DNA of 60,819 bases from an uncultured Bdellovibrionales bacterium (lineage in GTDB: Bacteria; Patescibacteriota; Minisyncoccia; Moranbacterales; UBA2206). A program made the position numbers and the translations under genes. The notes below the pieces were generated by a model. That model searched no databases, was not told the origin of the DNA, and saw only the letters and a program-made list of their open reading frames with translations. Numbering within the stretch: the first letter of the stretch is position 1; every line of letters begins with the position of its first letter. The DNA is taken from positions 54,037 to 114,855 of the forward strand of contig CAZJOI010000001.1 of NCBI GenBank assembly GCA_964547585.1, written 5' to 3'. Shown one piece after another: positions 27,097 through 36,332 of the stretch.

Positions 27097-27708
27097 ATGA
27101 TAAAGGCAATTATATTTGATTATAATGGGGTGGTTAAAGCAATAAATAAATATTTTTTTGATGATGTCGAGTTGATTTTTAGTCTATCTGCGGAAGAAAA
27201 AGAATATGCAAAAAAAATGACCTGTGATCTTTTTGAACAATTTGATAAAGGTTTATTAGGCGAAGATAGTTTCTGGTTGAAATTTTCGCAACGCATAAAT
27301 AAATCAATGCCGACAAATGCGAAGGAGTTGGCTCGTAAATTATTTAACGAACATTTTGAACTTTACGAAGAGGTTGTAAATATGCTTAAAAATTTAAAAA
27401 CCAATGGATATGTTACTGCAGTTTTATCGGACACTTTCCCTTATATGGCCGATATTACTCGTGAGCGTAATGGCTACGATTATTTCGATAAAGTTTATTT
27501 GTCCTGCGAAGTTGGTTTTGTAAAACCGCAAAAAGAATTTTATGAGTTGGCTGTCAAAGATCTTGCCGTACTTCCTAGCGAATGCATTTTTATCGATGAC
27601 AATGAAGATAATCTTTTGCCAGCTGAAAAATTAGGAATGAAAACAATTTTAGCAAAAAAACCAGATCAAATTGTCGAAGATGTTTGGGCAATCATAAATA
27701 AGATGTGA
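27097..27708 (+). CDS. HAD-superfamily hydrolase
   Basis: IIFDYNGV (motif I-like), VLSDT and IFIDDNEDN. Confidence 0.7.
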   Translation: MIKAIIFDYNGVVKAINKYFFDDVELIFSLSAEEKEYAKKMTCDLFEQFDKGLLGEDSFWLKFSQRINKSMPTNAKELARKLFNEHFELYEEVVNMLKNLKTNGYVTAVLSDTFPYMADITRERNGYDYFDKVYLSCEVGFVKPQKEFYELAVKDLAVLPSECIFIDDNEDNLLPAEKLGMKTILAKKPDQIVEDVWAIINKM

Positions 27709-27715
27709 TTATTGT

Positions 27716-28720
27716 CTATTCAAAATCCACTTCATTGGCATTGAGTTCATAAAGGAAATTATAATTTCCTTTTTCTATTTCTTCTTCCATATCTGTTACA
27801 TTTTTGCCTTCGAATTCAGAAAACCCAAGAGCTTTCAGTCCATTGACGGTCATCATTTTTACTACATCTTTGGCAGAAATATGACTGGAATCAAGATTCA
27901 CTCCTTTTTGTACGAGAGCTGCAAATTTGCCGGCTTCCCAAACATCCAATCTATTGGAGCTGGCAGCGCCGTCTGTTCCCAAGCAAACATTGATATTTCT
28001 TTCGAGCATTTTTCCAAGAGGCATGATACCCGAGCCCAATTTCAAATTACTCAAAGGGCAATGAACAACATTAACTTTTCTTTCGGCCATAATATCCAGA
28101 TCTTCGTCAGTGATCCAAATGCAATGAGCCAAAAGAGATTTTTCATTCAAAAGACCAAGCTTATCCAAATAGGCAGTTGGAGTTAAACCAGTTTTTTTCA
28201 AACAATCGTCAAATTCTTTTTTGGTTTCGGCCAGATGAATATGCAAAAGGGCATCATATTTTTCAGCCAGCTCTTTGGCTTTGATCAGATTTTTTTCTGA
28301 AACCGCATAAATTGAATGTGGCGCAACGGCTACTTTTACCGCTGGGTTGTTTTGATATTTGATTAAAAGTTTTTCAGTAATTTCTAAAGCCTTTTCTGGA
28401 TTTTCAGCTTCGGGAGTAGGGAAGTCCAAAATACCTCCACCAATCACAACGCGCATTCCTAGCTCTCCGGAGGCTTCAGCCACTCTGTCTTCAAAAAAAT
28501 ACATATCTGCAAAAATTTTGATACCATTTTTTTTCATTTCCAAAATAGCTTTTTTGGTTTTTTCGTACACAAAATCGGAATTAACCTGATCCTTTTCGGC
28601 TGGCCAAATGTATTCTTCTAGCCATTTTTGCAATGGCAAATCTTCAGCCATTCCGCGAAAAGCGATCATAGCTGCATGAGTATGTACATTAACAAGAGGA
28701 AGATTGAATTTTTGTTTCAT
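27716..28720 (-). CDS. amidohydrolase of the MTA/SAH deaminase (MtaD)/chlorohydrolase group
   Basis: VHTHAAM, HIHLAE, HC, GTDGAAS.N..D ligand pattern. It is shorter than typical MtaD because the N-terminal beta-sandwich is absent. Confidence 0.7.
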   Translation of the reverse strand: MKQKFNLPLVNVHTHAAMIAFRGMAEDLPLQKWLEEYIWPAEKDQVNSDFVYEKTKKAILEMKKNGIKIFADMYFFEDRVAEASGELGMRVVIGGGILDFPTPEAENPEKALEITEKLLIKYQNNPAVKVAVAPHSIYAVSEKNLIKAKELAEKYDALLHIHLAETKKEFDDCLKKTGLTPTAYLDKLGLLNEKSLLAHCIWITDEDLDIMAERKVNVVHCPLSNLKLGSGIMPLGKMLERNINVCLGTDGAASSNRLDVWEAGKFAALVQKGVNLDSSHISAKDVVKMMTVNGLKALGFSEFEGKNVTDMEEEIEKGNYNFLYELNANEVDFE

Positions 28721-28980
28721 GGGGATAAAATATTATTTTTTAACATCTCTATTTTACACTTCTTGTACCCAAAGTCCAAGAGCAAAAATTTGGCGTAGTA
28801 GCCCTGCGGATTAGGAAAAAATAATCAGGAGTGGTTATTGCTTGTATCGGTGCATATTTTTTTGAAAATGTAAAAACTCAAAAAAATTGCAAAAATAAAA
28901 AAAAGTGATAGTATAATTTAAAGAGCCAAATTGGCCAGATTGTCAGTTTATGTTTTTAATTTTTATTAAATCTTTTAATT

Positions 28981-30102
28981 ATGAAAGAAATACTCAAAAA
29001 TAGTTGTCCTGATGGAGTTCATTTTTTAATCGAATTTTTTGGTTGTGATAAAAAACAGATTGATGATATAGATTTTCTGAAAAAAACATTAGAAGGGGGA
29101 GTTAAGGCTTCAGAAATAAAAATATTGGACAAATCCTTTTTTAAATTTGAACCGCAGGGCGTTACTGGTTTTTTGCTGTTGGAAGCTTCTCACGTGTCTA
29201 TACATACCTGGCCAGAATTCAGTTATGCTGCTTGTGATATTTTCAGCTGTGCTCCATATGACAAGACTCGAGAAATTGCTTATTTTTTAAGAAAAAATAT
29301 TATGCACGAAAAGATGTCCGTAGATGAAATCAAAAGAGGTTATAAGTATTTTGATTTCGAAAAATACATCAACAAGGAAAACGAGCTTACCATCCCTGTC
29401 TATGCGAATGGCGAACAAATGAAAATAAAAATAAAGGAAGTTTTGAGTGGGGTAAAATCCAGTTTTCAAGACATTCTTTTTGTTGATACGGATGATTTTG
29501 GAAAATGTCTGGTAATTGATGGAATAATGCAAACAGCCGAAAGTGATCATGAGGTTTATGATAAAGCGATTTTACGAGAATTAAAAAAAGAAGATCAGAA
29601 AATTCTGATTTTAGGTGGTGGCGATGGCTATGTGGCCAGAGAAGCCCTGAATATTAATCCTGATTTAAAAGTGAGTGTGGTTGATTTGGATGCTGAAGTG
29701 GTAAAGGGATGTGAACAATTTTTGGATCAAAAAGTGTTCAAGGATTTTCGAGTTAAACTTTGTATTGAAGACGCTTTTAAATATTTGAAGGATATGTCCA
29801 AAGATGGAGAGATGTTTGATGGAGTGGTTGTTGATTTGACGGATGAGCCTGAGAGAGAAGATGCGCTAGCTGATTTCAAAAAATTCTATGAAGAAATTTT
29901 GGCGTTGTCCAAAGATGTTTTAAAAGATGGGGGCTGGGTAAGTATGCAGGCAGGAGCCGCGGAAACGACTAAAGATTATTTTAACGCTGTTTCAGTGTTG
30001 GAAAAGACGCTTTCAAAAAAAGGATTTCAGGATATTTCAAGAGAGGACTTCTTGATCCCAAGTTTTGGGGAGAAAAATGCCTTTCTGTATGGCAAGAAAT
30101 AA
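28981..30102 (+). CDS. fused S-adenosylmethionine decarboxylase proenzyme (SpeD/SpeH type) and spermidine synthase-like aminopropyltransferase
   Basis: The N-terminal roughly 115 aa contain GFLLLEASHVSIHTWPEFSYAACDIFSC, the pyruvoyl AdoMetDC processing region. The C-terminal part carries LILGGGDGYVAREAL, VDLD and VVDLTD, which are SpeE-type motifs. Confidence 0.75.
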   Translation: MKEILKNSCPDGVHFLIEFFGCDKKQIDDIDFLKKTLEGGVKASEIKILDKSFFKFEPQGVTGFLLLEASHVSIHTWPEFSYAACDIFSCAPYDKTREIAYFLRKNIMHEKMSVDEIKRGYKYFDFEKYINKENELTIPVYANGEQMKIKIKEVLSGVKSSFQDILFVDTDDFGKCLVIDGIMQTAESDHEVYDKAILRELKKEDQKILILGGGDGYVAREALNINPDLKVSVVDLDAEVVKGCEQFLDQKVFKDFRVKLCIEDAFKYLKDMSKDGEMFDGVVVDLTDEPEREDALADFKKFYEEILALSKDVLKDGGWVSMQAGAAETTKDYFNAVSVLEKTLSKKGFQDISREDFLIPSFGEKNAFLYGKK

Positions 30103-30127
30103 AAAAGGGCAAATTTAAAAATATACC

Positions 30128-30310
30128 AAAAAAAGCTTTAAAATAGCTTTTTTTGTTTGCCTAGAATTAGGCATAGTTTTATCAAGATGCTTGAAATAAG
30201 CCATTTGTTGTCTTTTTGCTTTGACAAAATGGTCATTTGGGTGTATACTTACAAATCAGTCAATAATGACTGACAGTACCTAAAAAATCAAACAAAATGG
30301 AGGTGTCGCG
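30128..30310 (+). promoter_or_regulatory. repeated module copy P4
   Basis: AAAAAAAGC..GCTTTTTTT hairpin. GCCTAGAATTAGGC. ATGCTTGAAATAAGCCAT at 30187-30204. TTGACA(30221-30226), 17 nt, TATACT(30244-30249). UTR hairpin TCAGTC..GACTGA. GGAGGTG lies 5 nt before the ATG. Confidence 0.6.
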
Positions 30311-31012
30311 ATGAACGGTTTAGAGAAAGCCGCGAAATTCGCGGCGAAAGTGTTATTTTTAGCGGTAATTATTGTAGTGGCAACAGCTGACCTTAATGAC
30401 TGGTTTGTTGTTGCTGTATTGCCGATTATTATTGCAAGTTGGCAATTTATTCGGAGAAAATTTATATTAGTTACTGGCATATTGCTCTATGAGAGAATAA
30501 CAACTTTAATCTCAAGAGCACCGGATGTTTTGGCTGTTATTCTTTTGTTGAATGGGATGCATTTTGTGGTAGTATTTTTCATTAGTTTTATGATAAATAT
30601 TATCATGTATACAGCATTCATTAAGGGATATTATTTTCTTCCTGATTTTAAGGAAACTCTGGAAGAATTCAATGCCTTTAAAAAGAAGCAAATAGTTTGG
30701 ATAGAGTATGGATGGGAAGGATTAATGAGCTGGTTATGGGACAAGTCCTCTCAGTGGGTTTTGAAAAATAAAACACTGATGTTTCTTGTAGGCAGTCCAA
30801 TTTTTTTCGATCCAGACTGGGTAACATTCATTTTGGTGGAGGGAACTGAGATCAAAAAAAAGGACTTAATTTGCATTACACTTCCCTCTGTGTTTGTTTC
30901 AACAATCTTCTGGACTTCAGTATGTGTGCTGGGTGTTTATGGATTTTGGTCATACGACGATATGATAGCAAGAATCTACGAACACTTTGTCCATATGATT
31001 ATTAGAACTTAG
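30311..31012 (+). CDS. hypothetical multi-pass membrane protein
   Basis: 233 aa with about 6 hydrophobic helices and a strong SD. No recognisable family. Confidence 0.5.
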   Translation: MNGLEKAAKFAAKVLFLAVIIVVATADLNDWFVVAVLPIIIASWQFIRRKFILVTGILLYERITTLISRAPDVLAVILLLNGMHFVVVFFISFMINIIMYTAFIKGYYFLPDFKETLEEFNAFKKKQIVWIEYGWEGLMSWLWDKSSQWVLKNKTLMFLVGSPIFFDPDWVTFILVEGTEIKKKDLICITLPSVFVSTIFWTSVCVLGVYGFWSYDDMIARIYEHFVHMIIRT

Positions 31013-31053
31013 CCCGCCTAAGACTCAGAGAGTCGAAGGCGGGTTGTTTTTTT
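31012..31053 (+). terminator. rho-independent terminator
   Basis: CCCGCCT..AGGCGGG stem followed by a T-run. Confidence 0.65.
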
Positions 31054-31111
31054 ATTCTATTTTGTTATAATTACTAAATAGATATACAAATTATTTATCC
31101 AAGTTGTTTTT

Positions 31112-31681
31112 ATGAAAAATAAAAAAGAAAAAAGCAAAAGAACTTTCTCTTGGGTTAGCCCAAAATTGGAAGCACGAGAAACTGGCAAATTTGGCAAAGG
31201 TCTTTTTGCTACAGACAAAATAAAAAAAGACGAGATAGTTATTGCCTTTGGTGGTTATGTGATGACTACCGAAGAATTTTATAAATTACCAAGTGATGTA
31301 ATGCATTACCCTTCACAAATATTTGACAATTTACTTTTGGGAATAAAGCATATGAATGAAATAGAAGACGGCTATTATTTAAACCATAGTTGCGAGCCTA
31401 ATGTTGGTCATAAGGGACAAATATTTATGGTTGCTATGAAAAATATAAAGAAAGGCGAAGAAGTCACCTTTGATTATGGTATGGAGATGTATCCAGAAAA
31501 AATAAAATTGCCAAAAGGAAGAGAAAGGTATACCAGCATGAAGTGTGATTGTGGATCAAAGAAATGCAGAAAAATTGTTACCGAAAATGATTGGAAAATA
31601 CCAGAATTGCAAAAAAGATATGACGGTTACTTTCAGTGGTTTATACAAGAAAAAATTAATAAATTAAAAAAGAAAAAATAA
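31112..31681 (+). CDS. SET-domain protein (putative lysine methyltransferase)
   Basis: LNHSCEPN, a TFDYG segment (EEVTFDYG) and a post-SET-like CDCGSKKC. Confidence 0.75.
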   Translation: MKNKKEKSKRTFSWVSPKLEARETGKFGKGLFATDKIKKDEIVIAFGGYVMTTEEFYKLPSDVMHYPSQIFDNLLLGIKHMNEIEDGYYLNHSCEPNVGHKGQIFMVAMKNIKKGEEVTFDYGMEMYPEKIKLPKGRERYTSMKCDCGSKKCRKIVTENDWKIPELQKRYDGYFQWFIQEKINKLKKKK

Positions 31682-31685
31682 AAAT

Positions 31686-33425
31686 ATGTTTTGTATTGGA
31701 GATGCTGCCAATCCAGACTTAACCTTCTTGATATTTTCTAGCAATGTACCAAGTCTAATTTATTATTCCCATATACCTGCAATATTTGTTTCGCTATTTC
31801 TTGGTCTGTTTGTTTTTTTTAAAAAAAGAGATTTACTAATTAGTAAAGTCCTGCTTTCGCTTTCAATTATGAGTTCTGTTTTGGCTATGTTGGATCTAAT
31901 TATTTGGACTCAGTCGGACAGTAGAATTGTTGTTTTTTTGTGGGCACTTTGGTTTTTAGTTTTTGAATTGGTTTTTATTCTGGGTCTTTATTTCGCTTAT
32001 GTATTTTTTGATAAGAAGGACATATCTATTAAAACCAAAATCGTTTTGGGTCTGTTGTTATTGCCTACTTTTTTTATAGTTCCAACGAGCTACAATCTGT
32101 CTGGTATCGATCTTAGTACTTGCAATGCTTTTGAAAATTTATATTTTTCTAATTTTATATATTTAATATCTGCCTTTTTTGTTTTGTGGATGGTGATATT
32201 GTCCTTTTTGAGATACAGAAAGGCAGAAGAAGAATTTAAAAAACAAATACTTTTTGTTTCAATTGGTAGTTTTATTTTTCTTTCCATCCTTTCAATTACG
32301 TCTTATTTTGGAAGTGTAGAATATTTTTCTAATAATTCTATTCATAGCTTTGACATAGAGCAATATGGATTTTTTGGAATGCCGATTTTTATTGGTTTTC
32401 TTGCTTATATCATTGTTAAATACAAGGCTTTTAATATTAAACTTATCGGGGCACAGGCCTTGGTTGTTGCGCTAGTTATTTTGATTGGTTCACAGTTCTT
32501 CTTTATTCAAACTGATACTAACAGAATTTTGACTGCAATAACTTTGGCATTAGCGGGTGGTTTTGGAATATTTTTGATTCGTTCGATTAAGGCGGAAGCA
32601 CAAAGAAAAGAAGAATTGCAATTGATGTCTGATAAGCTGGCTCAATCAAATGATAAATTGCAAAAATTGGACAATGCCAAATCCGAATTTATTTCAATCG
32701 CTTCACATCAGTTGCGTACGCCTCTCACGGCCATCAAAGGCTTCATTTCTTTACTCAATGAGGGAGCCTATGGGAATCTGGATTCAAAGCAATCTGATGT
32801 TTTGAAAAAAGTCTATATCAGCAATGAAAGATTGATTGCCTTGGTGGAAGATTTATTGAATATTTCCCGCATTGAATCTGGCCGAATGGAATTTAAATTT
32901 GACTCGTGTCAACTTACGGATCTTTGTAGTGAACTGGTGGATACATTTACCTTCAAAGCCAAAGACGCCAATCTCTATTTGGATTTCAAGGCGCCAGAAA
33001 ATGCTTTGCCGGAAGTATTCGTAGACCGTGCTAAGGTCAGAGAAGTGCTTTCTAATTTGATTGATAATGCGATTAAATATACGCCTAAGGGAGGCGTGAG
33101 TGTGAGATTGGAAAGAATTTTTGCGGAAGATTCCAAAATCGAAAATGTTAACGAAAGAGGCTCGGTTAAGATTATTATTTCGGATACGGGAATTGGAGTT
33201 CCGGCTGAAGAAATTCCCTATCTTTTTTCCAAGTTTTCTCGTGGCAAAGATGTTAGTCGTCTCAATGTTAGCGGAACTGGACTGGGACTCTATGTGGGCA
33301 GAAGTATGATTGAAGCTAATGGCGGAAAAATCTGGCTTGAATCAGAAGGAGCTGGTAAAGGTTCACGTTTCATCATCGAGGTGCCAGTTGAACAAACACC
33401 CGAAAATCTCACCCGCTGGAGCTAG
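31686..33425 (+). CDS. sensor histidine kinase with a multi-pass membrane N-terminal domain
   Basis: SHQLRTPLTAIKG H-box. N box DNAIKYT. DTGIGV and GTGLGL boxes. No response regulator gene is adjacent. Confidence 0.85.
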   Translation: MFCIGDAANPDLTFLIFSSNVPSLIYYSHIPAIFVSLFLGLFVFFKKRDLLISKVLLSLSIMSSVLAMLDLIIWTQSDSRIVVFLWALWFLVFELVFILGLYFAYVFFDKKDISIKTKIVLGLLLLPTFFIVPTSYNLSGIDLSTCNAFENLYFSNFIYLISAFFVLWMVILSFLRYRKAEEEFKKQILFVSIGSFIFLSILSITSYFGSVEYFSNNSIHSFDIEQYGFFGMPIFIGFLAYIIVKYKAFNIKLIGAQALVVALVILIGSQFFFIQTDTNRILTAITLALAGGFGIFLIRSIKAEAQRKEELQLMSDKLAQSNDKLQKLDNAKSEFISIASHQLRTPLTAIKGFISLLNEGAYGNLDSKQSDVLKKVYISNERLIALVEDLLNISRIESGRMEFKFDSCQLTDLCSELVDTFTFKAKDANLYLDFKAPENALPEVFVDRAKVREVLSNLIDNAIKYTPKGGVSVRLERIFAEDSKIENVNERGSVKIIISDTGIGVPAEEIPYLFSKFSRGKDVSRLNVSGTGLGLYVGRSMIEANGGKIWLESEGAGKGSRFIIEVPVEQTPENLTRWS

Positions 33426-33450
33426 GAAAAATATAAATCTTTCAAAAAAC

Positions 33451-33477
33451 AAAAACCGCCTAGTGGCGGTTTTTTTA
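33451..33477 (+). terminator. rho-independent terminator
   Basis: AACCGCC-TAGT-GGCGGTT followed by TTTTTT. Confidence 0.7.
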
Positions 33478-33574
33478 GTTCTTTGATACTAGTCTTTATT
33501 TATGCTATATTTCTAGCATAAAAAGCGTAAATTTACCATCCGCTTGATCCCTGAGTATGGTAAATTAAAAAAAT

Positions 33575-34603
33575 ATGAAAAAGAATAAAATTATCAAACA
33601 GAACAATTTTATGGAGTTTTTGCTTTATACTACACCAAACGGAAAAGTGAAAGTAGAGATTTTCTTAAAAGATGAAAATATTTGGTTGACGCAGAAAAAA
33701 ATAGCGGAGCTTTTTGATGTGGAAATTAATACTGTGAATTATCATCTCAAAGAAATCTTTAAAAGTGCAGAATTAAGCGAAGATTCAGTTATTCGAAAAA
33801 TTCGAATAACTGCCAATGACGGAAAAAATTACGAAACTAATTTTTACAACCTCGATGCCATTATTTCTGTCGGTTATCGCGTAAATAGCGCGCAAGCAAC
33901 GCAGTTCCGTATTTGGGCAACCGAAAGATTAAAAGAATATATTATCAAGGGGTTCACGATGAATGACGAAAAGCTAAAAGACCCATATAATATTTTCGGT
34001 AAGGATTATTTTGAAGAACAATTGGCAAGGATCAGGGATATTCGTTCCAGTGAGCGGAGATTTTACCAAAAAATTACTGATATTTATGCTCAGTGCAGCA
34101 TTGATTATAACCCAAATGAAGAAATTACCAAACAATTTTTTGCTACTGTGCAAAATAAATTACATTTTGCAATTTCTGGGTTGACCGCTGCCGAGATTAT
34201 TCACAAAAGAATTGGAAGTACAAAACCCAATATGGGACTGACGAATTGGAAAAATTATCCCAAAGGAGAAATTCGAATTACCGATATGGCAATTGCTAAA
34301 AATTACTTGGATGAAAAGGAATTGGACGGACTCAATAGAATCGTGACGATGTATCTTGATTATGCTGAAATACAAGCACAAAGAGGAATAGCGATGCGGA
34401 TGAAGGATTGGGTGAAAAAATTGGATGCTTTTTTACGATTTAATGAAAGAAAAATTCTCAAAGATAACGGAAAAATATCGCATGAAGTCGCAGTTGCTCT
34501 AGCTGAGAAAGAATATAAAAAATATCGCAAAGTGCAAGATAAAAATTATATTTCAGACTTCGATCGGGAAGTTAAGAAGCTTTTGAGAAAGAATGAAAAA
34601 TAA
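33575..34603 (+). CDS. RhuM-family protein
   Basis: The N-terminal pattern V.V....E.VWL.Q..IA.LF......V..H...IF...EL and YNLD.IISVGYRVNS..ATQFR.WAT is characteristic of RhuM-like proteins, from memory. Confidence 0.7.
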   Translation: MKKNKIIKQNNFMEFLLYTTPNGKVKVEIFLKDENIWLTQKKIAELFDVEINTVNYHLKEIFKSAELSEDSVIRKIRITANDGKNYETNFYNLDAIISVGYRVNSAQATQFRIWATERLKEYIIKGFTMNDEKLKDPYNIFGKDYFEEQLARIRDIRSSERRFYQKITDIYAQCSIDYNPNEEITKQFFATVQNKLHFAISGLTAAEIIHKRIGSTKPNMGLTNWKNYPKGEIRITDMAIAKNYLDEKELDGLNRIVTMYLDYAEIQAQRGIAMRMKDWVKKLDAFLRFNERKILKDNGKISHEVAVALAEKEYKKYRKVQDKNYISDFDREVKKLLRKNEK

Positions 34604-34621
34604 TTTTGCTAATAAATTGTT

Positions 34622-35233
34622 ATGTCTGAAAACCTACTTTCATTATTGGATCAACTCAGGGCGATTGCTACTGGAGGTTTGACTTTTACTAAGAATGAAT
34701 ATGATATCGAAAGATATAGAAAACTAATGGATATTGTTGCCAAAAAATACTCCGATATTTTTAAAATACCACCAGAAGAAATCATAGAAAAATTTAAAAA
34801 AGAAACCGGATCCATTACACCCAAAGTAGGTGTGGATGTTGCCATCTTAAACGAAGATAATGAGGTACTTGTTTTGAAAAGGAGTGATGATGAAAATTGG
34901 TGTTTGCTAGGTGGTTGGATGGATATTGGAGAAACTCCACTTGAAACAGCTACAAGAGAAGCAAAAGAGGAGGCTGGAATAGAAATCGAACCAGTGGGTT
35001 ATATTGCAATAAACACAAAAGGACCAAATACTCATCCGAATTTAGTTTGTCATCAAATAAATATTCTGGTTGCATCAAAACCAATTAAAAAGGCGACAAA
35101 AATTAATTTGAGTCATGAACATTCTAAATATAGATGGATTAATCTGGACGAAAATATTAAATGGCACGCAGGACACGAACTTCTCGTGGGGCCAATTAAG
35201 AAATTTATGAAAAACGGAATATTTATTCCATAA
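34622..35233 (+). CDS. Nudix hydrolase with an N-terminal helical Nudix-associated domain
   Basis: Nudix box GGWMDIGETPLETATREAKEEAGI. Confidence 0.8.
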   Translation: MSENLLSLLDQLRAIATGGLTFTKNEYDIERYRKLMDIVAKKYSDIFKIPPEEIIEKFKKETGSITPKVGVDVAILNEDNEVLVLKRSDDENWCLLGGWMDIGETPLETATREAKEEAGIEIEPVGYIAINTKGPNTHPNLVCHQINILVASKPIKKATKINLSHEHSKYRWINLDENIKWHAGHELLVGPIKKFMKNGIFIP

Positions 35234-35276
35234 AAAATAAAAATATAAATTTTATAAAATTTTCAGATTAATTTTG

Positions 35277-35708
35277 ATGAACATGCAGAAAAAGAATAAA
35301 ACTAAGGCAGTAGTTATATCTGGGAGTGCTTCTCTAAGTGAGGAAATGAAAAAGTGGTTTTTTTATTGGCAAAAGAAAGGTTATCGAGTAATTGATTGGC
35401 CCGTTCCGATTAAAGCTAGAGAGTTTGGTAAAAAATGGCCAGTTATCTATAAAAAGTTTTATAATTCTTTGAAAAAAACAGATATACATTTTGTCGCCAA
35501 TGAGGATAAAAACGGAATCAAGGGTTATGTTGGTGCAGGAGTTTTTGCTGAGATTTCTTTTTCTGTAGGACTGAATTTAATAAGAAAGACCCCCATCAAG
35601 ATATTGTTATACAAAATGCCATCCAAAAAATTATTTTATTATAAGGATTTGAGTCTTTGGATTAAGATGGGATGGTTGAAAGTTTATTGCAAACAAGATG
35701 AATCTTAA
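35277..35708 (+). CDS. hypothetical protein
   Basis: 143-aa ORF. There is a faint resemblance to small Rossmann-like nucleoside-transferase folds (VVISGSAS), which I cannot support further. Confidence 0.35.
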   Translation: MNMQKKNKTKAVVISGSASLSEEMKKWFFYWQKKGYRVIDWPVPIKAREFGKKWPVIYKKFYNSLKKTDIHFVANEDKNGIKGYVGAGVFAEISFSVGLNLIRKTPIKILLYKMPSKKLFYYKDLSLWIKMGWLKVYCKQDES

Positions 35709-35744
35709 TAGAATAAAAATTTAATTAGTTTTTGGTATTTTTGT

Positions 35745-35773
35745 TTGACATTATATTTTTTTTGCGTTATTAT
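35745..35773 (+). promoter_or_regulatory. sigma70-type promoter driving element F
   Basis: TTGACA(35745-35750), 17 nt, TATTAT(35768-35773). Confidence 0.55.
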
Positions 35774-35783
35774 TTCTAAGTAC

Positions 35784-35866
35784 ACCCCCACACCAATTTT
35801 TATAATTTAAAAATTTTTGTAAGTGTGATATTGCGAAATATTATTTGTGGGAATTGGTGTGGGGGT
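35784..35866 (+). repeat. structured element family, copy F (stand-alone, promoter-driven)
   Basis: ACCCCCACACCAATT(35784-35798) pairs perfectly with AATTGGTGTGGGGGT(35852-35866). The interior contains ATATT-GCGA-AATAT. It is followed by TAAATTAATATTTTTT. Confidence 0.65.
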
Positions 35867-35891
35867 AAATTAATATTTTTTAAGGGGAAAT

Positions 35892-36170
35892 ATGTTGGAT
35901 AAAAAATTAAAAGAAGCCCTGGAACTTTTAGGCGGAAAAGCAGTCGTAAAAGATGGGGAAGGTTACTATATTGTTCTGACTCTTTCTGAATTTAAGAAAA
36001 TTAGGCTCGGAGAAATCGGGAATTTGACAAAGCAAGAGTTAGTTGATAAAATCAACAATGATATTGCAATCTGGAAATCAGCTCAGGAAGAAGAGAAGGT
36101 AAATTCGATCATTTTGGATGAAATGGAGAAGAACAATTCGGAAGAAGTGATTTACGAAAAAGCTAATTGA
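35892..36170 (+). CDS. hypothetical protein
   Basis: 92-aa ORF with a weak GGGGA SD. No recognisable family. Confidence 0.4.
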   Translation: MLDKKLKEALELLGGKAVVKDGEGYYIVLTLSEFKKIRLGEIGNLTKQELVDKINNDIAIWKSAQEEEKVNSIILDEMEKNNSEEVIYEKAN

Positions 36171-36332
36171 ATATTCTCTAATTTTGGCTAAAAAAAGCCA
36201 AAATTTTTGTTCGATTTGCCAAAAATAACATTCTGTATTAGAATAAAAAAACTATGTATTTTTTTGTTCCAAGAAGAGACCAAGACTTGGAATGATTAAT
36301 AATAATTAAGTAAATATTAAACACATAAAAAT

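Noticed and set aside
28926-28936. GCCAAATTGGC palindrome upstream of the SpeD-SpeE fusion as an operator or riboswitch
   Set aside because: It is a single short palindrome with no second copy and no recognisable SAM or polyamine riboswitch features. This is too weak to call.
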